Below the pieces are notes generated by a model. The model saw nothing but the letters and a program-made list of their open reading frames with translations, searched no databases and had not been told where the DNA came from. 64,000 bases of DNA, taken from Antedon mediterranea (taxonomy: Eukaryota; Animalia; Echinodermata). Below, in pieces: positions 12,326 to 26,516 of the stretch. Each line of letters starts with the position of its first letter. The stretch's first letter is position 1. The stretch is from positions 14,914,912 through 14,978,911 of the forward strand of contig NC_092675.1 of NCBI RefSeq assembly GCF_964355755.1, written 5' to 3'. Made by a program: the position numbers and the translations under genes.

Positions 12326-13267
12326 ACTGTAATACTGTATGTATAGAGATTATTCTGTGTATAGTATATGACACAAAATAAACAGAATTCAGCACTAACA
12401 ACATATTATATTCTTCAGTTCAGGTCATAATGCTATAATTTTTTCTGTGTCCAATATTCCAACGTATGACGTGCATGTGGCGTTTGTCGTGCGGACGCGG
12501 AAGTCTAGTTCTTCTGTCTTTCTCCCTCGTTTTTTGTGCATCACGTATCTCTAGATTGGGTAAACATAACTTATTATAACTTTGCCAACATATGAACATT
12601 CACATGAAGTTGTGCATCTCCTATTTTTAAAGATGTCATAGTTGCGCAATGTGACTTACGCGCGATTTTATGATTTTTTATGATTGATCATTTATTAAAA
12701 ACCAAGCGTAACTTTGTGAAAATTTAAGTCATATCAAGGGCAAACTGTCTGTCTGTAAAATTTTTTAATGCGCAAAATTAATTTCTAATCAACTTTCTAC
12801 GCTAATCATGACATTTAGTGCATGTCAAAAATTTCCTCGCGCGTGAACAATTTTACGCGTACAGTGCATAAAATCATGTGTTTTTCTCTTGAATTATGAT
12901 TTTCCAGCCTTTCCTAGTCATCATCATCATGTGTTTTATAATTATTTAATCTTTACATATTAAAACAACTCAACTTGGTCATAAACATGTGAATCGAAAG
13001 GTACTGTATGTTGTAAAACGTAAAAATAGTAAGGTAAGTGTGATGATAATAATACGATAAGAAATCAACTCGTATTACTGAAGATGAGGTGTTAAATATA
13101 ATGATATAATAATGTGATTAACTATAACGATCAAAGTAGCCGTGGCGGCGTAGCAAAAGGTATGGTAAATAAAGTAAGCTGTCTTAAAAGGGATGCACGG
13201 CTGGTTTGATCATTAGTACATGTATTTAAAACAAAAATAATTCGATTCAAAGCAAAAACAACATTAA

Positions 13268-14425
13268 CCCATAATAAATTCCCAAAAGATCAGGACGTCA
13301 ATCGGGATCCCGATATTTGCGACCGAAATTCCCGACCAAAAATTGTGGTCGAAAATATCGGGATCACATCACAAAACCATTTCTGTAAGAGCTATATTAA
13401 CATATACATTGTGAACAATTTGACACCAAAATTCGCTCACTACGTCCAGTATTTCCAGAGATATAAGCATGTTTTATGAAAATAGCGGCCATTTTGTTTA
13501 TGCAAATTGCTCAATGCTGACAGCCGTCCAGTAAAATCCCTTGGCTGCCGGACTAGAGTGCATATTGTACTCATCAATTAGGAAACCAATAGCGTAATAC
13601 CCTCAACATATTAAAATGAACTCAACCTAGTTATCTCATTAAAACAACAATTGAACTTGATCGTAAACATATCATATATTGAACAAAAACAACTCAACAT
13701 TTTTAATCAATAGTATTGGGTAAAAAGTAAACCAATACCAACATATGAAAATGTTATATTATAGTAGTGATTATAACAAAACGCAACAATGTTTGAAATG
13801 AATAAATATGTAATGGTTAATTAAATTAAAATGATTGAACAATAAATGAAGTCATTATCTCTTACCTTAAAACTGAAGGCACATGTATCCGCTATTTTTT
13901 TTATTAAAAGGTGAACACCATCCTACTATAAAAACGAGTTACTATAAAGTTCTAATCCCATCGACAATTATCCCATAAGTGAAAAGTGTTACTGTAATAG
14001 TAAAAGTAACTTTTACGTAAAAAAAAAAACCAGTTTTCACGATTCTTACTAAAAACAACCACTAACAAATCCGTTTTCGAAAATATTTGCAAACTAGTAA
14101 AACTTAAAACTGAAAAAAAAAACGACAATCGGGATGAATCAATGGGATCCAGAGTCCATCCCGATAAAATCCCACTGGTATTTTATTATCCCAAAGGTAA
14201 TACAAATCCTGGTATTAAATGGAACTGGATTTTAGCGGAATGATATTTCATCCCGATCGTCCCGATACGATCCAGTTATTTTGGGAAAAAATCCTGTCCA
14301 TCCCGATATTGGGTAAGAAATCCCGATTTCATCCTATCAGGATAAGCTAATCCCGGTGGGATGAGCCTATCCCATCAGGATTCCACCGCATCCCGATCGG
14401 GATCCTGATGTCATTTTCTAATGGG
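13268..14425. mobile_element. Non-autonomous DNA transposon with CCC...GGG ends and many ATCCCGAT subterminal motifs (EnSpm/CACTA-like, uncertain)
   Basis: CCCAT.. and ..ATGGG termini with loose similarity; clusters of ATCGGGAT/ATCCCGAT at 13300-13370 and 14130-14410; no clean TSD. Confidence 0.4.
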
Positions 14426-14671
14426 TATATATTTAGATCATGGACAAAAAGTATATTCATTAGTGACCAGTGAAATTTACATCAATTCTGTATGCCTAAA
14501 ATGCTCAAAAACGCAAGAGACCTTCAACCTCTGGACTCCAACCAAAGTACTCCATATTTACGTTTTGTAACGTCCTGCACACGCCCATTTCCTCCTTCTC
14601 ATTGACCCATCTCATCTTCCTACATATTTTAAATGTATTTGATTATGGAAATGATGATGCTTTTGTTTTAG

Positions 14672-14821
14672 ATTCATGTAGTAAATGATGATCGTTTGTA
14701 TACAAGTTGGAATGATGAGGGTTGTAGTGAATCACAAGTAAACCATTCAAGTGGAATCATAGCTGCAAGGATTGCTTTGAATAACCTCCACCAAACCCTA
14801 GCATATGCTGGATTCTCGCAG
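14672..14821 (+). CDS. AGL: AGL exon 8 in window
   Basis: IHVVNDDRLYTSWN...SGIIAARIALNNLHQTLAYAGFSQ; AG/GT boundaries. Confidence 0.95.
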
Positions 14822-15289
14822 GTACACACAATACAGCATCTGAAGCTCAAATCCTCAAGTCAAATTACTTCCCCTGCTACAATCATTTAGTTTATAGCTT
14901 GAAATACTACTGTATATCAGGGGTTCTCAACAGTTTTCTACTGTGCGCTAGATTGTAGTTTACAAGTCATATTATAAATAATGTTTACACTATGCATGGC
15001 TTTGATAAGGTTTATGGTCAGAGAAATGTTGTAGTTTAAGTATTAATGGACAAGCAACAGACTGAGAAAGTTAAATTCTGTGTGCACCGTGCAAGCTCGG
15101 AGTTTATGTAGCTGGTGCAAAATTGAAATTGGGTAGTTGAATGCGCCGGCTCCTAGTTTTTAAAAGTTTAAAAATGTTCGCAATCTCAAGATAGTAGAAT
15201 GATCCATAGATTATTTATTTACAATACAATTTGCATGTGTTTCTGTGTATAGGCCTACAAAAATAATGTTCATTTATAATATATTTCAG

Positions 15290-15440
15290 ATATATGTTGA
15301 TCAAGTTGATCAGTGTATTGTAGCAGTAACACGCCATTGCCCTAGTAGTCATCAGTCAGTTATCATGGTGGCTAGAACATGTTTCTCAAATCCATCTAAT
15401 CCCGGCTACACTGGTTATGTCCCACCGCTGTGTATTCCAG
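15290..15440 (+). CDS. AGL: AGL exon 9 in window
   Basis: [24 protein letters not shown]...PPLCIP; AG/GT boundaries. Confidence 0.96.
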
Positions 15441-15490
15441 GTAATTAAATATTTTTAAAGACACTTTCCCTACATTTTTTTGTCAATTAA

Positions 15491-16072
15491 CACTTTGACT
15501 GCCAGAGGTTTTTGCAGTTAGAAACTGCCACCGCCAGCGTTTTTAGCTCAATTCGATGTTTTTATTAAAGCTGATTTAAACTATGTATGTGATCTGATTT
15601 ATATGTAATTCAGACTAAAATAAACGATTTTGGCTTTACAATGGTACCAAGAACGATTTTCAAATCGCAATATGTAAATCGTAATAGTAAAATAAAAGTA
15701 ACCCACTTTTTGAGTTTTTCGTAGTTTCGCGCAAGAAAGTCGAGATATTCGTAATTTTGTGCAAGACATCACAATATGAAAATATCACCTGGTGAGATCA
15801 ACAAACAACGAAAAATTTACTTACACAGCACCAATATGCCAAAATCCACATAGTAAAAACACCAGGCCTAGTTAACCAGGCCTAAAGTTGGTCCGGAACC
15901 GTTTTACGACTAGGCCTAGGCTAGTCTAGTACTACTAGCCTAACCTAGCAAGTAAATAATTAACCTATCTACCGGGTTTAGTAAAAAAATGCGAAACACA
16001 AAGATGTTCTTGTTTGGCAGTCAAGCGTTGTGTTTCCAAACACGAAGATCTTCGTGTTTGGCAGTCAAAGTG
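15491..16072. mobile_element. piggyBac-type MITE
   Basis: TIR CACTTTGACTGCCA / TGGCAGTCAAAGTG flanked by TTAA on both sides; subterminal palindrome CCAAACACGAAGATCTTCGTGTTTGG. A related left end occurs near 8745. Confidence 0.85.
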
Positions 16073-17316
16073 TTAATGAATACTTTAAGTGATCATTGTA
16101 ATAATTTGTTGTAAAAATTGTAAAAAATTTCTCAAAATTGAACAAAAAATATCTATGCAAACGCAACATGCATGTACGTTAAAAAATGTTGAGGGGAGAC
16201 CTTGTTATTCCGAGACCATAATGTGAACTTTTTTTAAATTCTTTCAATTTTAAAGGACCCAAAATATTTTAACTCACAGAAACTCAAATACTTTTTTAAA
16301 TTTTAAAACTATAAATATACTGTATACAGTGTAGCATAAGTGAAATTACAAGGCACATATATTTGTTCTGGACACGAAGAGATGAAAAAACAAATTGTAT
16401 TACTCAGCTGGCCATATGATCAAATCCAATGGACACATTTTTACATGAATTCATATCTACAATTAGACAGCTTTGCACAAAAAGTTATAAGCATGTCACC
16501 TTTAATTCTAAAAAGATTCATATATACAATGTAGGTGATTTTACAAGACCCACATTAGTTAAATTAAAGGACGAATGTAAAAATTGGTCGTATCCCATTG
16601 GAAAGAACATATTAAACTTTGAGAGAAAACTTACACTTTGACTAATCATCTAGATGGCATAATGATGAATCCCCCTGTCCCTACCAAGCCATGGTTGTGG
16701 TTTAAATCCTTCCCATTTCAATTCCGGTTATTTTTATACCCCATCATGTTTATGGATACGTTCACTAACAAAAATGTGTATAATGGATAAAAGTTATCTG
16801 GTATTGTTGTTTCAACCATAGTAAACGCCCAGAAGCTAACATTTTATGACCTTGAAGTTAAAAGGTTTGTAGTAGAAGTCAATTTTACAAGTCACTAGGC
16901 ACGTTCACATAAGATTTTATTGTTGTTTCGTATCGTAATAAAGAATATCATGTTAGCAAGAAAAGCATTCACATAGAGTTATGCAGTATGACGTCACAAC
17001 GATAGATGGTGCTGCGTGGTTGCTAGCCAACCAAAAATATGCGTTAAACGCTACATGTTGATAAACTATATAGATCTGTATTTCTATCAAATTATGTATC
17101 TTAGCCTGATATATTTTTCACTTAAACTGTAGTTGAAGAATAAATAGATTGTTAAAAACAAATATTTAGTGATCTTTTGAAATTTTAGTTTGTTTTTATT
17201 GAAAATTCTTAAGTTATTAATATAGAACATCATGATAAAGAAACAACAATAATTTCTGAATGTGAACCTAGCTACTATTAAAGATTATAAACCAGATTTC
17301 TTTCTTTCAAACACAG

Positions 17317-17548
17317 GAGTAGTTGATGAGATTATTGTGGAAGCTAAACTTGTTCAGAAGAATGAATGCACATTCAAAAAGAATGACAAGTTTATAAATG
17401 GCTTGTCAAATTATGGTGTGGAGATGCAGGAGCACATATCACTATTCAGTAGCAATATGGTAGAATTGACAGATGGTGGTGACATGAACTCAGCAGTGCA
17501 AGAAGTGGATTTTACTGATTTTCCACCGGGAAGCATAATTGCGTTCAG
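17317..17548 (+). CDS. AGL: AGL exon 10 in window
   Basis: GVVDEIIVEAK...FINGL...FPPGSIIAFR; AG/GT boundaries. Confidence 0.95.
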
Positions 17549-19624
17549 GTATGCAAATTTGTCAAAATTCTACATTCCCAAATACATTTCCATTTTAGTA
17601 ACCCTTTCAAAAAACAACCTATGTTTCATATATGTTCCGTATATTAGAGCTGCTCGTATATGTACATATAAGAAAGACAGGAAGTAAAACAGGAAGGTAA
17701 TACAGTATATGTCTGTATATGGGCCGTATACGAATCGCATATGACGGCAGTGTGTATTAATACATTGATCAGCCTAGTCTAAAAACAATTTCCTAATAAT
17801 ATAAATGAGCATATTTGAATGATATTGATCTTGTTTATCACGTTAATTCCGGCTAATGTGCTTTCTGAAAGCCTGTTAATTAATTAATTAATCATGATCT
17901 TACAAAGTTATCATGATATATTATACCCTTTTTACACAATCTACTGGGAGAGGAACACGAGTTGAACTCTGAGGCAATTTCCATTTACACTAGCCAAAAA
18001 AACTGCAAGATGAACTTGAGTTACACTACATCTGTCACTCCAGTGCTGTCAATCAAATCAGTACTGTGAGCGGACGTCATGCGTGGAACTTAAGTGACTA
18101 TGGTTTAAATGTTTAAAAACTGGAACATATCGACATATCAAAACATAATAATCCGAATTTACACACAATTTATTTAATTTTGAATGTAGTCCAGTGTTAA
18201 ATTTTCTTTGTGGCTATATGGATTATCATTTATTATTTTAAACATTAACAATTATTTTTCTTTTTAAAATGACTGCATTCCCGCCTTAGACTGTTCATAC
18301 ATTAATTAGGCCTTAAATTGTTGTGAATTGTAAAAATAGGGTACAGTAGGTACGGTAGGTATTTCAAAGAAAAAATGTATTTCTTAATTAGCATAACAAT
18401 GTATTAATGAATGCACCTTAACGAACAATTTCAATATTTTCAGCAGAAAAGAAAAATCACAAATGTTTTTGTGCCTTTAAAAGAAAATAACGAATAGCAC
18501 AATATATCGTACAATTAATTATTTTAAGCAAAAAAAGGTATTTTAAACAAAAAACCTATTTTGTTTGCATAATATATTGTATTTCTGTGACAAACATGTT
18601 ACATTTTCTCGTCAATGACCTCGTGTCTCCGGTGTAGATCCAAGTACACCGGAGAAGGTACACCGGAAAAATTCAGCTTTGTTTCACCCCGGGGTGATTG
18701 GATTTTCCCATTTACACCAGTCAATAAAAACCACAACACCGGCGTTTAACGGGTGTACTAAACAACTGCGGGGTTACACCGCTGTTACGAAATTCAGAGA
18801 CGAAATTCAACCAATCAGCGCTTGGTTATTTACTGCGTCATCGGCCTCCCACCGGAAGAAGTCACCATTGTTGATTTCTTTGACCGCCAGCTTCAACAAG
18901 TTGTTTTTGCTTTTTTTTTCACGAAGTAAAACATGTATTGTACGTAAACGGTGGGGGTAGGGCCTACTTACTAACTATTCTAGACCTATATATGCATATT
19001 AAATATTGTTGTCATGAACGGGACACTAAAAAATATGTATAGCCAGGTGAATAAATTTGTCCACGTTCAATCCGTCGTGCAAATTGAGAGGGTACGGGTG
19101 GAATGTTTGTTTGTGTAAATAAATCACTTACCAACTCCATTTTCAAACAAAATGAGATTTTTATAGTTAAAATCATGTGTTTTGAAACCTAAAGTTCTGC
19201 AAAATTAATAAATATCATCGATTTTGAACATTCTTTATTACTGCCGAAATTGTAACAACTTTGAAAAGGTAAGCGTGAGTGAGGTGAAATTACAGACGGG
19301 CCAAGTTTGTTTTCAAATTAATTCACGCTCGCTACTTAGGCCTACTTTTTGACACGAAATATTTGAGAACCATAGACAACGCCTATCTATTAGTTAATAT
19401 TATTTGTTATCTTAGGCCTGCTGGCTAGCTACTACATAGAGGTCCACACTACAAAAACAGATCAACAATCCCTTCCCACATGTGTGACCCGCTCTGACGA
19501 AACCCGCTGTTTGTCGGCATTTCAAATTTCGCGCTAGTAAGCAAACAACGTAAAAATTTGTCGTATCGGCCAAATCCGGATTTTTACATATTATGAAAGA
19601 AGAAGTATTAAAGAACAATTGTAC

Positions 19625-20412
19625 CAAATATGAATCTCCAAATCCAAATAAAAAGTGTAAAAAATACCATTTTAAAACACCCACCTAACGATTTTAAGTC
19701 CCATGGGTAAGAAAACTTTGAATTATTGTTCATATTCTTTGAATCGTTATTCGAAAACGCCATGACAGTTTGCCATACACCAAATTAAAGCCAAGACATA
19801 GCTTAATCCAAATATGGCAGTTATAGGCAGGGCTAAACAAATTAACCAATAGTAAACCGATTTTTCCATGACATCATTTTAAAATCTGTCACTCAACTCG
19901 TAAACTGAAACCGTCGTTGCTAACCACGTGACAACAACATTCCGTTTTGATTGGTCAATACTAATTGTGTTCTCGATATACTGGAAAATCCAAAATGGAG
20001 GCTTACTCTTACTCGGCTTACTCATATTCAAATATGAATCTCCAAATCCAAATAAAAAGTGTAAAAAATACCATTTTAAAACACCCACCTAACGATTTTA
20101 AGTCCCATGGGTAAGAAAACTTTGAATTATTGTTCATATTCTTTGAATCGTTATTCGAAAACGCCATGACAGTTTGCCATACACCAAATTAAAGCCAAGA
20201 CATAGCTTAATCCAAATATGGCAGTTATAGGCAGGGCTAAACAAATTAACCAATAGTAAACCGATTTTTCCATGACATCATTTTAAAATCTGTCACTCAA
20301 CTCGTAAACTGAAACCGTCGTTGCTAACCACGTGACAACAACATTCCGTTTTGATTGGTCAATACTAATTGTGTTCTCGATATACTGGAAAATCCAAAAT
20401 GGAGGCTTACTC
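19625..20412 (+). repeat. Recent 384-bp tandem duplication (19625-20008 and 20029-20412) with a 20-bp filler
   Basis: The two copies look identical by eye, offset 404 bp. Confidence 0.92.
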
Positions 20413-21384
20413 GGTGGGCATGGCCATGAGGCCGTTTTCGACATCAATATTTATGGTAACGATGCTTGGATTTCAATTTCTTCATTAGTTTATGTTTACA
20501 ATGCTATTGAATCAGTTATAATGTTATTTGCTTAAAATGTCTAGTTTGAATGATTTGGGAGAAAATGGGATAGCCGCGATGTTGAATGATGCCAGAGCCT
20601 GTGGAATGTATGTAGAAAACTTGGATGATATTTTGACCGAAAATTTGCTGTCCGGCTCGATCATCGCTATCGTTATTTATTTTCAACTTTAACGATTTGA
20701 AAATTTAAGGCAACTAGTCATAACATTTCGTCGACGGGAAAACAGGCTTTAGGCTATTGGCACAAAAGAAAACAGTTCTGTAGGCTAGCCTATATTAAAT
20801 ATGGTCTATAAAACCCACTATATTCAGATAATTATATCACAAGAATCGACTTCCCAAAACGCCTCAGATGCTATCTGTGGGCGTCTAGAAAAAAAAATTT
20901 CCGGGGGAGCATGCGAACCCCCTAGATGATTATTTTCCCATATCAGCCTCCTCTTTATCAAAATCCTAGATCCACCCCTGAAAATGACTGAGAGACCTTG
21001 TTTTGCCCTCAAATGACTCGGATACAGGTTTCTAATTGCCAAGTTGCAAATTAAGGGGTGAAATTACAGGTTCCCTATATATCGAAAACCACTAAGACTA
21101 GAGAGTTAATTTTGTCAAAACTTGTTCAGAATGTAGATATTTATATTTGCTCTAACGAAACATTTTACAAAAAAATGACCGGAAATACAACAATTGACCC
21201 TCGACCCCATTTCATCAATGTTTGCATACATAAGTCACTAATATGTCTGTAGAAACTTTGTTTTGGACTCAAAGAACTTCCTATAGTCCCATGACTGCTT
21301 TGTAATTCCCAAAATCACATCTTTGTCACGCACCTTGAAGATATGCAAATTATTATATAGTACAAGTTATGTGTTATGTTGTTC

Positions 21385-21640
21385 GATTTATATAATGCTT
21401 TACAATCAAGAGATTGTCCCAAAGCGCTGAGAGAAAAAACAGAAGGAAATTACAAAGAAAAAAGATGGGTTTTTAAGAGTGTTTTGAAACTATGATAGAG
21501 GATGCATTTTTAATAGGATCAGGAAGAATTGTTCCACAGTTTAGGAGCTGCAACTGAAAAAGCGCAAACTGAAGATCTACGTATAATTAAATTAGAAATA
21601 TATGATGGGGATTTGTCGTAAAGAAAACGAAATGTTTTTT
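21385..21640 (-). mobile_element. 3' fragment of an L2/CR1-group LINE
   Basis: Minus strand reads AFSVAAPKLWN..LPDPIKNAS..FKTLLKTHLF, followed by a short 3' UTR. Confidence 0.75.
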
Positions 21641-21830
21641 ATAGGCCTATAAATAATATATTGATACAGTATCACATTTTAGCGATATAATACTGTCACT
21701 GTCATAGTCGTTTGAAATAGCATAGTACATGTATCGATACACCATTAAAACGTTTATATTGTTTGTAATTATTAATTAATACAAATGTTGAGAAGCAACT
21801 GTTTATTTGTATAGTTTGCTTCTATATATA

Positions 21831-24800
21831 TAGTCCAGTCATTTTAGCCCAAAATTTAGCCAAACTTGGAACAAATTGCAACAGAATTTTTTTCACCGCA
21901 ATGCATTTCTTTGAGGTCCTCAGAACACCATACTAAAAGTCCCAAAATATCCCAATGGGGGAAAGACGTCTAATTTGCATAAATCCAAAATTGCCGCCAA
22001 AATTCAATATTTTGACATATTTTGACTTGTAGACGACCTATTTGATTGTTTTAAAGTTGCAGAGTAGGGCATTGGCCCATGGGCTTTCATTTGAAAAAGG
22101 GTACAATGATTTAGGACTGGTTAATTTGCATATTAATTTGAATAGAATAGAACAAGTATTGATGAGAAGTGTTAAGACTGACAGCATTTTGGTCAGAGAC
22201 TAACACTAACTAAAAAATTGTGTGTAGTTACATTGCGGCAAACAGCGATGTCAATCCTTCATGAATTCCATAAAGAGAAACAACAAGAAAATACTAAAGA
22301 TGAGAAGCTGAGAATCATCAAAACTGCAGGTAAACTCATAGAGAGTGATGTTAAGTCCATTGATCCTCAAACAGATGTTTATCCAACCTTAGATATGATT
22401 GAAAGTGTCGATTGTGCTGTGGATCATATTCCAGAGACATTGCAGGTATTCTTGCGGACCATGTTTGCCGGTAGAAATGTTGACTTAAAGCTTGCTGCAA
22501 TAGGACAGGCTATTATGCAGGCAATACGTCCAAGAGCCATGCTAACACCACCCCAATTTGGCTTAGGTGTACAGATGCACCACCACTTTGCATCAAAGTT
22601 CTTATTTCGATATGAGCGAAATGCAGCAGTCTCTCCTGGAAATGACTTGTCAGGTAATCCACAAGAAAGTCATGTTCAATTTGTGGCTGGCAATGTTGAT
22701 CATAATGTATCAACAATAGATGGCACAGGAACCTTTCATGGGATGGAAATTATTGCTGCTGTTACACCTCGATCAAATACATCATATAAACCTATTCCAA
22801 GAGCTCACGTTACCACCGACGAGATTGCAAAAGTAGGCCGCATCAAAATTGAATTTTTCACGATCTCGCCACAAACCACACCGTTAACATATCTGCCACT
22901 TACTTACAGATCAGTAGAAGATCCTACATCACAACTAGATATGCTGTGGAAGACATCTTTACTGCTTCACATCCCTAGACCAGCATGGTCAGGTATCATC
23001 TGTCTGTCACGTTTCTACCAATGATTGATCTAGACCCAAGTGATCCATCCTGTATTTATTCTACTATGAAGTTTATATCAGCTCAAGCAAAACAGCAAAA
23101 TGTAACTCCCATCCTCACATTTGACCAACCCATTTACTGGAAGGCCTTGACCATTATACAGTCTCAACCAGCTAGCAGTGATCTGAAGCGCATAGTTCTC
23201 TGACTCGGTGGGTTCCACATGGAAATGAGTTTCCTGGGCAGTATTGGACACCTCATGGCAAGTTCAGGATTGCAAGAGCTTCTAGAAGTTGTGTATGCAG
23301 GTAACGCTGTACGTCATATGCTGACAGGCAAAGCTGTTTCCAGAGCAGTCCGTGGTCACTTGTTAGTTGACGCTGCATTGAACACTATTCTTATAACAAA
23401 GGCCTACAATGTCAACCAACTGCAGACGTAATTGTTGAACACACAGGCAGTAAAGACAATGTTGAAGTGCCAGACATGGAAGTAGATGTTGATATTGAAA
23501 AGAATTCTGCGCGGATGGTAGACGGTGGTGATACATATAGACATTGACAGAATTGCACAAAGTATCCATATGACAACCATCCAGGTAGATGCTAACTCTG
23601 AGTGGACGGTGGTCAGCTGTAATGTGCCATCACAGGAGGATGTGGATGATCATCTTGATAGTTTGAAAGAAAGTGTATTGATGCCGACAACAGAGGTACC
23701 TTTAGAAAATCAAGAAATCTTTCACAATGCCCAAGTGACAACAATAGAAATAGATGGTGAATGCACAGAGAAGGGAGATCCAACTATTGGAATAAGAGAT
23801 GCTGTTGGTCAAAATGTTGATACCATCAATCAAGCCACCGACTTAGCAGAAGCAAGACAACTCTATGAGGAGGCAATGTCTTTTGCATTGTCAGCAGAGG
23901 AAGTGTGTAAAGCGGATGTGTTGAAAAGAATTAGATGCAAATTTAATGATCTCAGACAAACAATGACATCTAAGACGGCTATTCTTTGGTTCCAGTACAT
24001 GGACATGGTGAGCATTCTCCAACGCTTTATCAAGGCTGAACGAACCGCAAACTGGGAATTACATCTCCAAACTGTTTACGCCATGTTGCCATACTTTGCC
24101 GCCTCTGGCCATGCTCTTTATGCCAAATGTGCATATGTATACCTGTAAAAAATGCTCAGTCTACAAGAAACCCATCCAGATGTTTACCACAAATTTCAGG
24201 AAGGTTATCATGTTGTGAGAAGGAGTGACAGGTTTTGGGCAGGCTTATCATCCGATTTAATTATAGAACAAGTATTGATGAGAAGTGTTAAGACTGATGG
24301 TGGGCTCACAAGAGGAAAAGAATAACTCACTATTTAACATAGCTAATGGCATGGCAGCACAAAAAGGAGTCAATGTTGAAAGATCAAGAGAAATGGTTAA
24401 AAAATCTGTAGAAGATTTCAAATTCCGAAAAGCTGACCAAGCAGTCACACTAGCATCACGGTCAACTGTAAAGGTATTGGGTAAATCTGTTACGGTTGAT
24501 CCCCAGCTGTTATTCCAGCGACTTATTACTATTCGAGATCGCTACCAAGATGTGCCATCTCTGTTCCAGTATGAACTCTGTAGTTATCCTCCTGCATTGT
24601 TTGATTCATCTTGTCTCCCACTGCAACCAAAGAAGGCAGTTCTAGCTGATACCCTTTGGAAAGCTATGTCAGAAGAGCAATGCAAACCCAGTGAAGAGCT
24701 CCAGTATGTTCTTGATGGCGGGGCATTGATCCATAGAGTGCCATGACCTCGAGGATCTACTTTTAAGAGTGTGAGCCAGCTATACGTTAGATATGTGACA

Positions 24801-26516
24801 CAGAAATATGGCCGAGCTGCCATTGTGTTTGATGGATATAGCGATGATCCAACAATTAAAGATGCAACTCACGTTCGGAGAACAGCAAATTGTATCGGCG
24901 TTACAGTGCACTTCACAGGTGAAATGGTTCTCCAATGTAAGAAAGAGGAGTTTCTGAACAACAAAATCAACAAACAGCGATTCATTTGTTTTGTAAGTGA
25001 CAATCTAGAAAGAGCAGGCTGCACCGTAACCCATGCGAAGTATGATGCTGATGTCCTTATTGTCCAGACAGCTGTTGCGTCTGCCAGAAACAAGGATACC
25101 GTTGTAATAGGAGATGACACAGACCTGCTAGTTCTTTTACTTCACCATGCTGAAATGAATGCACATGAGCTTTTTCTGAGATCTGAGCCAAAAAAGTCAG
25201 GACAACGAACCAAATCGTGGTGTATTAAGCAAACAAAGGAGTCACTAGGCTCTTTTATATGTGATAATATTCTATTCATCCACGCCTTCCTTGGCTGTGA
25301 TGTGACATCACGTCCATTTGGATTGGGGAAAGGCTTAGCTGTTAAGGAAATAAAGAAAGTGAAATTTCGTGAACAAGCTGAGGTCTTTAACTCTACAGAA
25401 GCAACAAAAAAGGAGCTACTGTAGTAGAAGCTGAGGAAAGGGCATTTGTATCCCTTTATGGTGGAAGAGATTTAGAAGGATTAGATGCTCTACGCTATAG
25501 AAAGTTTTGTGAACAAATCTCCAAGGGAACTTCACATGTGGAGCCCCAAACATTGCCATCAACCTCTGCCGCTGCTGTTTATCACAGCCTCCGTGTGTAT
25601 TTCCAAATAATGCAATGGAAAGGAACAAACAGAAATATGAAGCCAGAGGAATGGGGATGGCATATTGTAGATGGTAAATATCTACCTAAGCAGACTGATA
25701 AATCCCCAGCACCATCTGAACTGCTGAATGTCATCTGCTGTGGTTGTAAGACTCAGTGCAATACGAAAAGGTTTACATGTCGACACCATGGTCTCTTCTG
25801 TAGTGGTGTGTGTACAGAGTGCAGAGGAATAAGCTGCAGGAATTCCGAGCCACCAGATTTGCGTGAAAATTGATTGATGCTATTAGTGAGCAAGATGTTT
25901 AAAGAGCAAATGACTTAAGAAACAAATAAATAGCAACATGACTTTATTGAACTATGATTATTTTGATAACTCCATGCATAACTTTAAACGAGATACAAAC
26001 TTTGGAAAAGACTTTTATTCAGCTTTTTACACAGATGTCTATTTCACCAAATATCCATCTGATATGCATAAACGTTCTAAACATGCTTGGATCTCCTCTA
26101 CCAAGAAGTCTTACTATTCTTTCTACTTGAAAATGTATGAACAAATTTAGTCTATATTCATAAAACCATTAGATAATAGGATTTATGTACATATTTGGCA
26201 GCTATTTAAAAATATGCAAATTAATATGCAAATTAACCAGTCCTAAATCATGTTACCCTTTTTCAAATGAAAGCCCATGGGCCAATACCCTACTCTGCAA
26301 CTTTAAAACATTCAAATAAGTCATCTACAAGTCAAAATATGTCAAAATATTGAATTTTGGCGGCCATTTTGGATTTATGCAAATTAGACGTCTTTCCCCC
26401 ATTGGGATATTTTGGGACTTTTAGTATGGTGTTTTGGGGACCTCAAAGAAATGCATTGCGGTGAAAAAAATTCTGTTGCAATTAGTTCCAAGTTGAAAGT
26501 TAAAATGACTGGACTA
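21831..26516 (+). mobile_element. Academ (AcademX-type) DNA transposon, internally deleted
   Basis: ~300-bp TIRs, TAGTCCAGTCATTTTA... (21831-22140) and ...TAAAATGACTGGACTA (~26217-26516); TAG..CTA termini. TSD unclear because the left flank is a (TA)n run. Confidence 0.88.
22218..25873 (+). pseudogene. Disrupted Academ transposase: DDE domain + XPG/PIN-like nuclease + C-terminal Cys-rich (CXC) finger
   Basis: Successive ORF pieces: NVDHN..IDGTGTFHG, TFDQPIYWKA, LGGFH..MSFLG, FIKAERTANWELHL, SDLIIEQVLMRSVK..GG; XPG motifs LDGGAL, VFDGY, DADVL, GDDTDL, HAFLGCD; CCGCKTQC..C..C..C..C. Stops at 23201, 24146 and 24744 plus frameshifts; N-terminus missing. Confidence 0.88.

Noticed and set aside
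22218-25873. Operon-like cluster of separate short genes
   Set aside because: Consecutive fragments of one Academ transposase broken by stops and frameshifts.
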